64,000 nt of DNA from an uncultured delta proteobacterium. Its GTDB lineage: Bacteria > Desulfobacterota > Binatia > UBA9968. Below, one piece after another: positions 43,324 to 54,041 of this stretch. Position numbers and translations under genes: made by a program. The stretch's first letter is position 1, and each line of letters opens with the position of its first letter. The stretch is taken from positions 1 to 64,000 of the forward strand of contig CAWJZV010000008.1 of the NCBI GenBank assembly GCA_963847445.1, in the 5' to 3' direction. The notes below the pieces were generated by a model. It was given only the letters and a program-made list of their open reading frames with translations. It searched no databases and had not been told where the DNA came from.

Positions 43324-43533
43324 TTAAGCGATGTCGCGCATGCGCGAAAAGGTATCTTGCAGCTTGCGCAGTTCACTGTTGAGCCAGCGTTGGTGCAAGC
43401 GGTGTTTGCTCAGGTGTGGTTGCAGCAGCGATTCGGGATACATCTTGGCACCGCATTGTTCGCATTTAACCGCACGAAATTCTTTGCGTTCGAAAGCGAT
43501 GACTTTTGAGTTTGCCGCTGCTGCCGGTTCCAT
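43324..43533 (-). CDS. Small protein with a C2H2 zinc-finger motif
   Basis: CEQCGAKMYPESLLQPHLSKH fits C-x2-C-x12-H-x3-H; AGGAGG RBS; sigma54 motif upstream. Confidence 0.7.
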   Translation of the reverse strand: MEPAAAANSKVIAFERKEFRAVKCEQCGAKMYPESLLQPHLSKHRLHQRWLNSELRKLQDTFSRMRDIA

Positions 43534-43565
43534 CTCCACCTCCTGTCAAACTAAATAGAATCATA

Positions 43566-43581
43566 AGCAAGGCATATGCCA
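43566..43581 (-). promoter_or_regulatory. Sigma54 -24/-12 promoter of the C2H2 gene
   Basis: Minus strand reads TGGCATATGCCTTGCT. Confidence 0.65.
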
Positions 43582-43660
43582 CCTGTTCAATTGTAAATAG
43601 GCGCTGCAAGACCCCAACTTCTTTGAATTTTCGCGCGATGGGAAAACTGACGGGCACTGT

Positions 43661-43679
43661 TGACAACGAGCAGTTGTCA
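43661..43679. promoter_or_regulatory. Palindromic operator, candidate enhancer-binding-protein site
   Basis: TGACAAC-N5-GTTGTCA, about 80 bp upstream of the sigma54 motif. Confidence 0.45.
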
Positions 43680-43803
43680 GAGGCATGACGCGGTTGACAT
43701 AGCGTGCGTCAATTTGACAGATTGCGGTGCCGATGGGCAAAAGCTGCCAGCCGGATTGGCTGACGCAGCTGCCGGGGTGATTCTTACTGCTTAGTGAAAT
43801 TGT

Positions 43804-44093
43804 TTACGCGCCGAAGAAATTTACCGCGGTGGAGCGAAAAATATTGTCGCTTTCCTGGCGCGAAAATCCCGCGCGTGCCGTGAGCATGGAGATCATATTG
43901 GGCGATGTCCCATCGGGATAGGCTGGCCGTTTACGCGCAGCGGTTTGGCATGCGCCAATACAAAGGGCGCACGTGCCGGATAGTCGATGCGATAACGCTC
44001 ATCGGGCAGGGAAGCTCTTCGACGTTCTATGCACCGACGTCGCGCGGGAAAAAGCGTCGACGCGAATATTAAAAGATTTGCCAAAAGTGGCAT
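43804..44093 (-). pseudogene. Possible degraded 3' fragment of an amidohydrolase gene
   Basis: Across frames: VIAS/DYP, then PDGTSPNMISMLTARAGFSRQESDNIFRSTAVNFFGA*, resembling Amidohydro_2 C-termini; interrupted by stops and frameshifts. Confidence 0.3.
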
Positions 44094-44126
44094 CGCACGG
44101 GTTGTCGTTGACCTGGCAACGCAAGT

Positions 44127-45104
44127 TTAGCTCGGTGCGACCGCGCGGCGGCACGCAATGACGATGCGCTCTTGGTTCGGCAAAAACTGTTTTTCCAGCG
44201 TCGGTCCGGCCGGCACCGGTGCGAATGGGGCGGCGACCCGAACGATCGGATTGTCGAGGTAGTGGAAAGCCTCCTGCTGAACTCTGGCGACGATTTCGGC
44301 GCCGATGCCGCCATGTTCGACCGCTTCATGGGTGACGATCATGCGGCTGGTTTTCTTCACCGAGTTGGCGATGGTCTCGATATCGAGCGGCGAAATCGTC
44401 CGTGGGTCGATGACTTCCACCGAGATCCCTTCTGCTGCTAATTCTTTCGCTGCGGCCAGCGCCGGCGCTACCATGCTGGACAGCGCGACGATGGTGAGAT
44501 CTGTCCCTTCGCGCAGCAGCGCGGCTTTACCGATGGCGACGCTCTGTTCGTTCGCCGGCACTTCGCCCTTGCTCCAATAAAGACCGCGATGTTCGATGAA
44601 CACCACCGGATTGTCGTCGCGGATCGCCGATTTTAACAAACCTTTGGCATCGGCGGGATTGGCCGGCATAACGACTTTCAGTCCCGGCACATGGGCGAGC
44701 CAGGACTCCAGACTTTGCGAATGATGGGCGCCCATGGCGCCGCTGATGCCGCACTGGACGCGCACCGTCAGTGGAATTTTCAATTGCCCGCCCGACATGT
44801 AGTGCAGCTTGGCGGCGTGATTGACCAATTGATCCATCGCCAGGGTGATAAAATCGATGAACATGATCTCGATTACGGGGCGCAGGCCGGCGGTGGCGGT
44901 GCCGATGGCAAGCCCCATCACGGTGGCTTCGCTGATCGGCGTGTTGACGGTGCGGTTGACGCCGAAGGTTTCGGCCAAACCTTTGGTGACGCCGAAGGGA
45001 CCGCCGAGGGCGACATCTTCGCCGAAAATGTAGACCGCCGGATCGCGGCGCATCTCTTCTTCGAGTCCGGCGCGGATCGCTTCGAGATAGGTTTGTTCGG
45101 GCAT
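44127..45104 (-). CDS. 2-oxoacid/acetoin dehydrogenase E1 beta subunit
   Basis: FGEDV, TPISE, EIMFIDF, HHSQS, FIEH. Confidence 0.9.
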   Translation of the reverse strand: MPEQTYLEAIRAGLEEEMRRDPAVYIFGEDVALGGPFGVTKGLAETFGVNRTVNTPISEATVMGLAIGTATAGLRPVIEIMFIDFITLAMDQLVNHAAKLHYMSGGQLKIPLTVRVQCGISGAMGAHHSQSLESWLAHVPGLKVVMPANPADAKGLLKSAIRDDNPVVFIEHRGLYWSKGEVPANEQSVAIGKAALLREGTDLTIVALSSMVAPALAAAKELAAEGISVEVIDPRTISPLDIETIANSVKKTSRMIVTHEAVEHGGIGAEIVARVQQEAFHYLDNPIVRVAAPFAPVPAGPTLEKQFLPNQERIVIACRRAVAPS

Positions 45105-45159
45105 GGTTGGTTGTGGTTCCATCGGCGGGCGCGGCATGCTGCGCCCCTACATTAGGATC

Positions 45160-46137
45160 TTATGATGCCGTTGCGTACACTTGGCTATCGACTTCGATTT
45201 CTGCTGGCCACGGCGATGACAGAGAGAATGTCGCGGCTTTGTCGGCCAAGGCTTGGGCTTCGCTTTCCATCGCTGCCAGTTCTTTGTCGGTGAGCGCTTT
45301 CTGGCTTTTCAGTGCTCTGGCGACCCGGGCTATGGGATCTTTCTTCTGCCATTCGGCGAGCTGGGACAGCTCGCGGTACTTGGCCGGATCGCCTTCATAA
45401 TGGCCGCGCATGCGATGGGTCAGACATTCAACAAATATCGGGCCGTTGCCGGCGCGGCATTTGTCGACGGCTTTCGACATTACCGCGCGCACGGCAAACA
45501 GATCGTTGCCGTCGACGGTGTCGGCAGGAATTCCATAAGTCTTGGCATGCTGCGCCAGCCGCTCGATCTTGGTGTGCGCCGACAGCGGCGTGAACTCGGC
45601 GTAGCCGTTGTTTTCGCAGACAAAGATCACCGGCAGTTGCCAGAGGCTGGCGATGTTGAGCGACTCGTGAAACGGCCCGGATTGGCCGGCGCCGTCGCCG
45701 AAGAAGACGACCGCGAGTTGGCCTTTTTTTCTTTCTTTCGCCGCAAAGGCCGCGCCGAGGGCGAGCGGAATGGTGCCGCCGACCACGCCGGTGGCGGTGA
45801 TAAAGCCGCACTCTTTGGCGACGATATGCATGGAGCCGCCCTTGCCGCCGCAGTAACCGGTGGCGCGGCCGGCGATCTCGGCCATTAATTTATTTATGTC
45901 CGCGCCCTTGGCGATGGCGTGGCCGTGGGAGCGGTGGCCGCCATAGACCAAATCGTCATCGCGCAATAAGCTCAGCGCGCCGACGGCGACCGCTTCTTGG
46001 CCAATGCCCAAATGGAGCAAGCCGACGATCTGCCGTTCGGCGTAGAGCGCGGAGACTTTTTCTTCGAACGCCCTGATGAGCCACATGCGGCGCAGCAGCT
46101 CGATCACTTCCTTGGAGTTTGTTTGCTTAATGGCCAT
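45160..46137 (-). CDS. 2-oxoacid/acetoin dehydrogenase E1 alpha subunit
   Basis: GQEA, HRSHGH, GKGGSMH, FGDGA...ENN, HRMRGH. Confidence 0.9.
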   Translation of the reverse strand: MAIKQTNSKEVIELLRRMWLIRAFEEKVSALYAERQIVGLLHLGIGQEAVAVGALSLLRDDDLVYGGHRSHGHAIAKGADINKLMAEIAGRATGYCGGKGGSMHIVAKECGFITATGVVGGTIPLALGAAFAAKERKKGQLAVVFFGDGAGQSGPFHESLNIASLWQLPVIFVCENNGYAEFTPLSAHTKIERLAQHAKTYGIPADTVDGNDLFAVRAVMSKAVDKCRAGNGPIFVECLTHRMRGHYEGDPAKYRELSQLAEWQKKDPIARVARALKSQKALTDKELAAMESEAQALADKAATFSLSSPWPAEIEVDSQVYATAS

Positions 46138-46204
46138 CAATCAAAGCGAGCCGCTGGCTGCTATTCGGCAGGTCATCGCAGATTTCAAGAACGCGAAATA
46201 GTGT

Positions 46205-47176
46205 TTACACCAGCGCCGCGCGCACGGCGTCCATGATGCGCGCCTCGGATGGGCCGATATGGGCTTCGAGCCCAGGGCTGTAGGGCACCGGCACATCGAG
46301 GGTCGAGACCCGGCGGATGGCGGTCTTGAGCTTGTCGAAGCCGGTCTCGGCGATGCGCGCGGCGATCTCGGCGGCGACGCCGCAGCTCTGATGGGTCTCG
46401 TCGGCGATGACGACGCGATGAGTCTTCTCAACCGATGCGAGAATGGTCGCGAGATCGAACGGTACCAAGGTGCGCGGGTCGACGACTTCAATTTCGATGC
46501 CTTCCTTGGCGAGTTTCGCGGCGGCTTGGAGCGCGACCTGGACGGTGTAGGAAGTCGCGATCAACGTCACATCACCGCCGCTGCGTTTGATGTCGGCGAC
46601 GCCGAAAGGAATCGGTTTGTCGTTCTCAGGGACGTCGCCGCGGATGTCCAAGAGCCGGGTGTGATCGACGAAGATCGTTGGGTTGTCGCTGGCAACGGCG
46701 GTTTTCAATAATCCTTTGACATCGCGCGGCGACGACGGGATGACGATTTCCAACCCGGGAACGTTCCACAGCATCGCTTGCGGGCTGCCCGAATGCTGCG
46801 CCGCGCCGCCGCCACGCAGTCCGTGAAATAGATGGAACACCACCGGCACGCGGGTCTGGCCGCCGGACATCGAATAAGCATTGGCCGCTTCGTTGGCGAC
46901 TTGAGGCCAGGCTTCATAGATGAAACTGCCGGTGCTCAAATCGACGATGGGGCGGAGTCCTGCCATCGCCGCGCCGGTGGCGAGACCGCAGAATCCCAAC
47001 TCGGAGATCGGCGGCGCAAACATTCGCGCGCTGAATTTCTTTTGCAGGTTTTGAAAGACGTGACGGTGCGGGCTCAAGCTCAGGAAAGTGCCGTTGATCA
47101 GATGGACGCGTTCATCGCCGCTCATGATCTCGTCGAGGGCTTCGAATTTAGCTTCGTAGTAAGCAAGTTCTCTCAT
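46205..47176 (-). CDS. Divergent E1 beta subunit
   Basis: PISE, QHSGS, VVDPRTLVP; lacks the N-terminal GED motif. Confidence 0.85.
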   Translation of the reverse strand: MRELAYYEAKFEALDEIMSGDERVHLINGTFLSLSPHRHVFQNLQKKFSARMFAPPISELGFCGLATGAAMAGLRPIVDLSTGSFIYEAWPQVANEAANAYSMSGGQTRVPVVFHLFHGLRGGGAAQHSGSPQAMLWNVPGLEIVIPSSPRDVKGLLKTAVASDNPTIFVDHTRLLDIRGDVPENDKPIPFGVADIKRSGGDVTLIATSYTVQVALQAAAKLAKEGIEIEVVDPRTLVPFDLATILASVEKTHRVVIADETHQSCGVAAEIAARIAETGFDKLKTAIRRVSTLDVPVPYSPGLEAHIGPSEARIMDAVRAALV

Positions 47177-47185
47177 AATTAACTC

Positions 47186-48206
47186 TTAGGCGAAGAAGCC
47201 TCGCTCCGCCTCTTCCGGTTTTGGATAGGGGCTGTTGACGGCGAAGTCGACGGCGGCGGCGATCACGGATTTAACCTGGCTCTCAATGGCGGCGATCTCG
47301 TCGCGGGTCGCTTGATTCGCTTCGACCAACTCGCGGACATAAACCAATAATGGATCGGCGCTGCGGTACCACTCGCGAGAATTCTCCGGCACCTGACTTA
47401 CGTCCCACGCCAAGCGCTGTGTCCGTCGGCGTCGGTACGGTCGGCCAGTTGGTCGCGCTGCCGGGATAGCGCACCGTCTGCGCTTCGACGAATTGCGGTC
47501 CCTCGCCGCGGCGAATTTTCTCCACCGCTGCCGAGATTGTCGCATGCACCAAGCCGGCATCGATGCCATCGATTTGTTGCGCCGGAATTTTATACGCCTT
47601 CGGCAGATCGGTGAGCGGATAGGCCGCCATGGAGCTCGATTGCGCCGCGGCCACCGCGCGGCCGGTGCCGTATTTGCCGTTGTTCTCGCAGAGAAACAGC
47701 ACCGGCAATTTCAAAAGTGACGCGATATTGAACGCTTCCGGTGCGGCGCCTTCTTCAAGCGAGCCGTCGCCGAACAGGCAAACCGTGAGGCGGCCGTTCT
47801 TCTGCGCTTTGGACGCGTAGGCGGTGCCGGTCGACAGCGGAATGATGCCGGCGACGACCCCTGAGCTATGGAGAAATCCCAGCGACGGCGCGACTGAGTG
47901 AAACGACCCGCCTTTGCCTTTATTCAAGCCGTCGACGCGGCCCAAGATCTCCGCGAAGAGCTGCTTCGGCTCGACGCCGCGGGCGAGCAGATGGCCATGA
48001 TTTCTGTGCGTGGTGAAGAGATAGTCGTCGGCGCGCAGGCAAGCGAGCGCCGGCACACCGGTGGCCTCTTGGCCGACATAGAGATGGTAGTGGCCGCCGA
48101 ACACGCCTTGGTCGTGCAGCGCCACGAGATTCTCTTCAAAGTGGCGGATGACGAACATCCGCCGGCACAGCTCCAACAGATTTTCTCTCGGTAAATTCGG
48201 TAACAT
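47186..48206 (-). CDS. Divergent E1 alpha subunit, frameshifted near 47410
   Basis: GQEA, THRNHGH, GKGGSFH, FGDGS...ENN; VRYPGS in place of RxxGH. Confidence 0.85.
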
Positions 48207-48326
48207 GATGTTTCTGACTTATTTCAATCCACGGGGCTTTGTCAACGCCGGGAACGAACATTGACAAGCCATTCAAGGCGGGACTAAATGCCACTAAAGA
48301 TCGGTATTTCGACGGAGGTTTGAGTT

Positions 48327-49328
48327 ATGAATCTACCGCGCATGTGGCCGGCGCTTTTGCTGGCGAGTCTATTCACCCTTCCATCCACGCTCATCGCGCA
48401 GTCCCGCGGGCTCAAGAAAGTTCAAGTCGGTGTGCCCGCCATCAGCATGGGCAACATCGTCATTTATTTCACCAAAGAAGCGAAAATTTTCGAGAAGTAT
48501 GGCCTCGATGTCGAACCGGTGGCGGTGGCCGGTTCGGGTATCGCCTCGAAGGCGTTGATCTCCGGCAGCGTGCAAATCTCGCCGATCGCCACGCCGACCG
48601 TGATGAACTCGGTGCTCGCCGGCTCCGACATGGTGATTCTCGGCGCACACGATGCCAGGCGTCATTCAGTACTTGATGGCGCGGCTCGGACATCAAGCGC
48701 ACCGAAGACATCAAGGGCAAGACCATCGGCGTGACGACCTTCGGTTCGCTCAGCTGATTTTCTCGTCAAGTATCTGGCCAGACAGAAGGGGCTCAATCCG
48801 GACAAAGACTTCGCCATGCTGCAGATCGGTACCGACAGCGACCGGTTCATCGCCATGCAGCAGGGGCGGATTCCGATGGCGACCTTGTCGCATCCGAATT
48901 ATTTCTTTGCGCAGCGCGCCGGCTTTCACATCCTGTGGGATTTTTTCAAGGAGGTCGATTATCCGTGGAGCGAGATCGCCACCACGCGCACGCAGATCAA
49001 GCAAGACCGCGATTTGGTGATGCGCTACATGCGCGCTCATATCGAGGGCATCGCCCGCTTCAAGCAAGAACCGGAGTTGGGCAAGCGGGTGATCAAGAAA
49101 ATGCTGCGCTTGAACGACGATGCGATGGCCCAGGAATCCTGGGAGCTATTTGCCAAGCACCGCATAGCCGCACCCTATCCAAATATTAAAGGCATGAAGA
49201 CCAGCTACGAATATGTCGCGGCGACCCGGCCGGATATCTATAAGCACAAGCCCGAAGAGTTTATCGACGCCAGTTTCGTCGAAGAACTCGACAAGAGCGG
49301 CTTCATCAAGAAGCTTTACGAAAAGTAA
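48327..49328 (+). CDS. ABC substrate-binding protein, NMT1/THI5-like, frameshifts around 48640-48760
   Basis: Paralog of 35786: shared FEKYGLD, DYPW.EI.T, HKPEEF, ELDKSGFIK. Confidence 0.85.
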
Positions 49329-49337
49329 TTGGCAAAT

Positions 49338-50270
49338 ATGAAAGTCCGCATCGGGATACAGCTCGGCCAGTGGCCGAGCCGCGACATCCGGCCCGAGGCG
49401 GTGCTCGATCTGGTCGACTACTTCGAAGCACTTGACGTCGACTCCATCTGGGTGAGCGATCGGCTGGTCTCGTCGGCCTTAACCCTCGAACCGATCACGT
49501 TTCTCTCCTACATCGCCGGCCGGCTGCGCAAGATGAAGTTCGGCACCAGCACACTGGTGCTGCCGACGCGCAATCCGGTGGTGCTCGCCAAGGAGCTCGC
49601 GACGTTGGATTTTCTCTCCCAAGGAAGATTGTTTCCAGCCATCGGTCTCGGCGGCGAGGAGTCGAAAGACTTGCAGGCGGTAGGGATAAATAAAAAAGAA
49701 CGCGCCGGGCGCACCGATGAGATGATCGTGCTCATGCGCCGCTTGTGGACTGAAGAGAACGTAACCTTCGCCGGCAAATACTTTTCAGTCGAAGACGCGA
49801 CCATCATGCCGCGGCCATGGCAAAAAAACGGCCCGCCGATCTGGATCGGCGGGCGCAGCGAAGCGGCGCTGAGAAGAACCGGCCGATTGGGTGACGGCTG
49901 GCTGGTCTCGTCGGTGTCTGCCGGCGAAGTGGCAACGAGGGATCAATTCGATTCGTCGCTACGCAGCCGATGCAGGCCGACAGGTCGAAGAGGATCACTA
50001 CGGCGTGCTGATACCTTTTTACTTCGCTGACAATGCTGAGAAAGCTTTCGAGATCGGCGGCACGCTCGATCCGTCCGCGCGCCGATATGCCGACGAGCGA
50101 ATTCACCGCCTTTGGCACACCCGACCAAGTCCGCGCCAGAGTTCAAGCCTACATCGCCGCCGGCGCGACCAAGTTCATCATGCGTCCCTGCGGCCCGTTC
50201 GATGGCTGGCGCGAGCAAGTGGACCATTTTGGCGCGGGAAGTTATCGTGCCGCTGCAGACAGCGGTCTAA
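49338..50270 (+). CDS. LLM-class flavin-dependent oxidoreductase, frameshifted
   Basis: IWVSDR, RNPVVLAKELATLD.LS.GR, PPIWIGG, GDGW. Confidence 0.85.
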
Positions 50271-50271
50271 G

Positions 50272-51282
50272 TCACACCTTTGCTGCGCTAGCTGCGGCCA
50301 TCGTCAGCACCGCCGCGCCTTTAATCTTACCGCCACGCAGTCGACGCAATGCTTCATTGGCTTCTTCTAACGCGAACTCCTGTACTTCCGTGCGCACCGG
50401 CACTTTCGGCTGCCAGCGCCATGAACTCTGCGCCGTCGCGGCGGGTTAGGTTGGCGACGGAAGTTACCGTGCGTTCCTCCCAGAGAATCGAGTACGGGAA
50501 AGACGGGATGTCGCTCATGTGGATGCCGCCGCAGACGACGGTGCCGCCTTTGCCGACAGCCTTAAGCGCTTGTGGCACCAATTCACCTGCGGGAGCGAAA
50601 ATAATGGCGGCGTCGAGTTGCTGTGGCGGTGTTTCGTTCGAACCGCCGGCCCATACCGCGCCTAAACTCATCGCGAAGTTCTGTGCTTCTGCATCACCGG
50701 ACCGGGTGAAGGCGTAGATCTCACGTTGCTGATAGCGCGCTACCTGGGCGACGATATGGGCGGCGGCGCCGAAGCCGTAGATGCCCAAGCCGTTTGCCGT
50801 TGCCGGCTTTGACCAGGCTGCGATAGCCGATCAGTCCGGCGCACAGCAGCGGCGCGGCTTCGGCGTCGCTGTAGCCGTCGGGAATTGGCAAGCAGAAACG
50901 CTCGATCGGCGACGGTGTACTCGGCGTAGCCGCCGTCGAGGGTGTAGCCGGTGAATTTGCCATGGTCGCAGAGATTTTCCTGGCCATTTCGGCAATACGA
51001 ACAGGTGTCGCAGGTCCAGCCCAACCAGGGCACGCCGACGCGGTCGCCGATTTTAAATTGACCGACGCCATCGCCCAGTTGCGCCACTTTGCCGACGATC
51101 TCATGGCCGGGGATGAGCGGCAGTTTGGCGTGCGTTAACTCGCCGTCGACAATGTGCAGATCGGTGCGGCAGACGGCGCAGGCGTGGACTTGGATCAACA
51201 GGTGGCCTGGGCCGGGATCGGGTGTGACGACCGAAGTTTTTAGTAGCGGTTTGCCGGGATGGGCGAGGACCATGGCTAACAT
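50272..51282 (-). CDS. Zinc-dependent alcohol dehydrogenase, frameshifted
   Basis: VCRTDLH, GHE, structural-zinc cysteines C..C..C......LC, PLLCAG, GFGAAAH. Confidence 0.88.
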
Positions 51283-51390
51283 AGTTGCTTTTTAACCAAA
51301 CCGACGACGGAAACCAACTTATAATCAGAATACGCCACGCCGTGAAAGTCATGATATATTAGGCGTGATTTAAACTCTTGCCGGACTGTT

Positions 51391-51967
51391 ATGATCACGC
51401 GAATCGCCGCTTTGGCTTTACTCTGGGCAGTGGGCCTGAGCCAGGGGATTGCCGCGCAACAACCAAGGCAAGATGCGATCATCGACTGGTCGCGGGACAT
51501 CGGCTTGTTTGCGGCCAATTCACATGGCAAGTTTTGTTTGTCGATCGCTAATGGCGCGCTTAAGCCGGGCCAGGAGATCGTGCTCATCGGTGCAAGGCGA
51601 GCGGCGCGAGCCGGAGATACGCCGCGGCAAGATTGCGGCGAAGCTGGCGGCGTCTTGTGACCAAGCCAATCAGCTTGTCGGTGAATCCAGCTATCAGCTG
51701 AACGCAGGTAAGCTTGATACCGGCCGGATCTATTTCGCGCTGGCTGGCCGAGCGATCGGGTTGCGGGTGGCCGGCGCTGAAGTGAAAACTCGATTCGCCA
51801 ATCGTGATCTCGTTTTTCGCTCATGCCCGAGCACCGAGGGTTTCCATTTCAGTAGTTGGTCGGGAACCAAACTGAAGGAGCAAGCAATTTGGCGGCGCTA
51901 TTTCTATCTTGGCTATGATGTCGAGCCGACCTGCGCGGAGCGGGACTTTGAGGAGATAAAACCTTGA
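51391..51967 (+). CDS. Secreted hypothetical protein, frameshifted near 51610
   Basis: Signal peptide; C-terminus SCPSTEGFH...YFYLGYDVEPTC. Confidence 0.65.
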
Positions 51968-53089
51968 TCGAAGAATTAACAGACAAATTGCCTCAGCGGA
52001 TTTTCGCCGCGACCACCATGCTACTCGGATTCTTGCTGGCCGGCTGTGAACAGCTACCGCAGCTGCATTTGCCGCAGTCCCAGCCGCAAGTTGTTATAGA
52101 TACCGGTCCGATCGCCGACCCGGTATTGTCGGCGCCGGTGCGGGTGAGCCACAGCCCGGAGGAAAATGAAGACCCGAGCATGATTCTGGCGCGGGATGGC
52201 CGGTTCTACGTGGTTTGGTCTTCAAAACAGCGCGGCCGGGTGGATCTGTTCATCAGCAGTTCGGCGGACGGCCGCACCTGGTCCGACGAGCGGCGCATCC
52301 ATGATGTTCCCGCCGAGGATTATTATCCGTCGCTGATGCAGACGCGCGATGGTAGATTTCACCTAGTCTGGTGCCAACTACAAAGAAAAGAAGGCCGCAC
52401 CGATGTTTGGTATACCGCTTCGACGCGACGGCCGGACGTGGGACAAACCGCAGTCGATCACTAACCGAGGCATCGATTGGGCACCGACGATTTATGAGGA
52501 CGCCAAGGGTGTCTTGCGGATCCTGTGGTCGTCGCGCCGGTCGGGCAGCCGCGACATTTGGGTGACCCGCTCGCTTGACGGCGGCAAGACCTGGCTGTCG
52601 CCCGACCAGGTGACGCGCAGCTCCGAGGAAGACGACTTTCCCCACGCTCTGCAAGCGACGAGCGGCGAGCATTACCTGGTTTGGACCCGTTACCGGCGCG
52701 GTTCGGCGATGCTCGAGTTGCACAAAGACCGCAGTTCCGATGTCGTCCTCGCTACTTCGCGTGACGCTGTGGTCTGGTCGGCGCCGGTGGTGTCGTCGTT
52801 CGGCGATCCCGACAATAAGTTTGTCGACATCCTGCCGGCGGTCTTCCAAGACCCCGACAAAGGACAAGTCTTCGTCAGTTGGACTTCCGGACGCACCGGC
52901 GTGCGCGGCGATATCTTAGCGCGCAGCGTAACGTCGCCGTCATCGCATCTGTTCCAGTTAACCAGATCGGAGACCAGCGATTATTCGGCGAAGATCGTGC
53001 CGACCCGGCAATCCGGCGAGTACTTGATGGTCTGGGTGTCGACCCGCGAGGGCAAGCCCGATGTCTTTGCGCGCCGCTTCAGACTCTAA
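51964..53089 (+). CDS. Lipoprotein with BNR/Asp-box (sialidase-like propeller) repeats, frameshifted near 52425
   Basis: LLAGC lipobox; repeats SADGRTW, RDGRTW, SLDGGKTW, SRDAVVW; TTGA overlap with the upstream gene. Confidence 0.75.
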
Positions 53090-53165
53090 CCGGCGATGAT
53101 GCGATGAATTGGCTGGGCTAATTTGCTAATTAGAACTTGCCAACTTGTTTAGATAGGCGATCCGG

Positions 53166-53470
53166 CTAATCGAGATCGATATCTTTCAGCGGTTTGGTGA
53201 GCGGTTCGTCTTTGGCTTTTTTGAACAGTTCTTGAAACTTTGCTTCTAAAACTTTCGATTTGTTTTTTTCCGCTTCGGCGAGCTGCTGATACTTTTCATC
53301 GCGCCGGCCGGCTTCTCCCTTGACCTGGTTCACAGCATCTTTCAAATTCACCGCCATGCGCGGCTGACAGGCATTTTGTGGTCGAGGACGACGGCGAGCG
53401 TCGGATCGATGGTCAGTATTGCGTCGCAGCAGGGACAGGCAACTTGGATGGTTTTATTTTCGTTGGACAT
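53166..53470 (-). CDS. Small hypothetical protein with CPCC motif and helical tail, frameshifted near 53365
   Basis: AGGAG RBS; MSNENKTIQVACPCCDAILTIDP joins ...KFQELFKKAKDEPLTKPLKDIDLD. Confidence 0.65.
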
Positions 53471-53556
53471 CGTCGACTCCTAAGGCGAGGCACGAGGCGT
53501 GAGGCATCCAGGATTCTAATTTACTCGTGTCTCGCGCCTTTTGCCTCATGCCTTCC

Positions 53557-53925
53557 TCATCCCCGCAACTCGATCTGTTCTCCGTCCGGGCCGGCAAAGA
53601 CGACCCGGCGCCAGCCGTTTTCCCGCGGTTCACGGGCGGCGGTATCATGGGGCGCGCGCAAGAGTTTGACGCCATCGCGCTGCAGTTGCTCGACCGTCTC
53701 GTTAAAACTGTCGGTCTCCAGGCAGAAATGGAAACCGGCCATCGCCCCATCGCTGTGGTGCGTCAGTTCAAGCACCGTGTCGCCCAATTTTAGATACCCA
53801 ATCTGCAGGCCGCCGCTACCGGTCTGGCGAAAATAATGTTTAAAGCCAAAATGTCGTTCGTAGAATGCCACCGAACGGTCAAGATCGGCGACATGAATGG
53901 CGACATGGTCGATGCGCTTGAACAT
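53557..53925 (-). CDS. VOC/glyoxalase family protein
   Basis: IDHVAIHVADLDRSVAFY, LEL, HFCL, PDGEQIEL. Confidence 0.88.
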   Translation of the reverse strand: MFKRIDHVAIHVADLDRSVAFYERHFGFKHYFRQTGSGGLQIGYLKLGDTVLELTHHSDGAMAGFHFCLETDSFNETVEQLQRDGVKLLRAPHDTAAREPRENGWRRVVFAGPDGEQIELRG

Positions 53926-54041
53926 GGCTTTCTCCTCGCTCCGAAGCATAGGCTTTTCGCCGCGGTGAAAGCAAGGATAATGCGCCAACGTGAAAAATTC
54001 TCGCCTTCGCGTTACAATGGCAGCGAATCAGAGCCGCGCTC

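Noticed and set aside
43733-44161. Plus-strand frame with in-frame TGA and TAG, considered as possible recoding
   Set aside because: No recognisable protein or SECIS-like element; the minus strand better fits a degraded amidohydrolase fragment.
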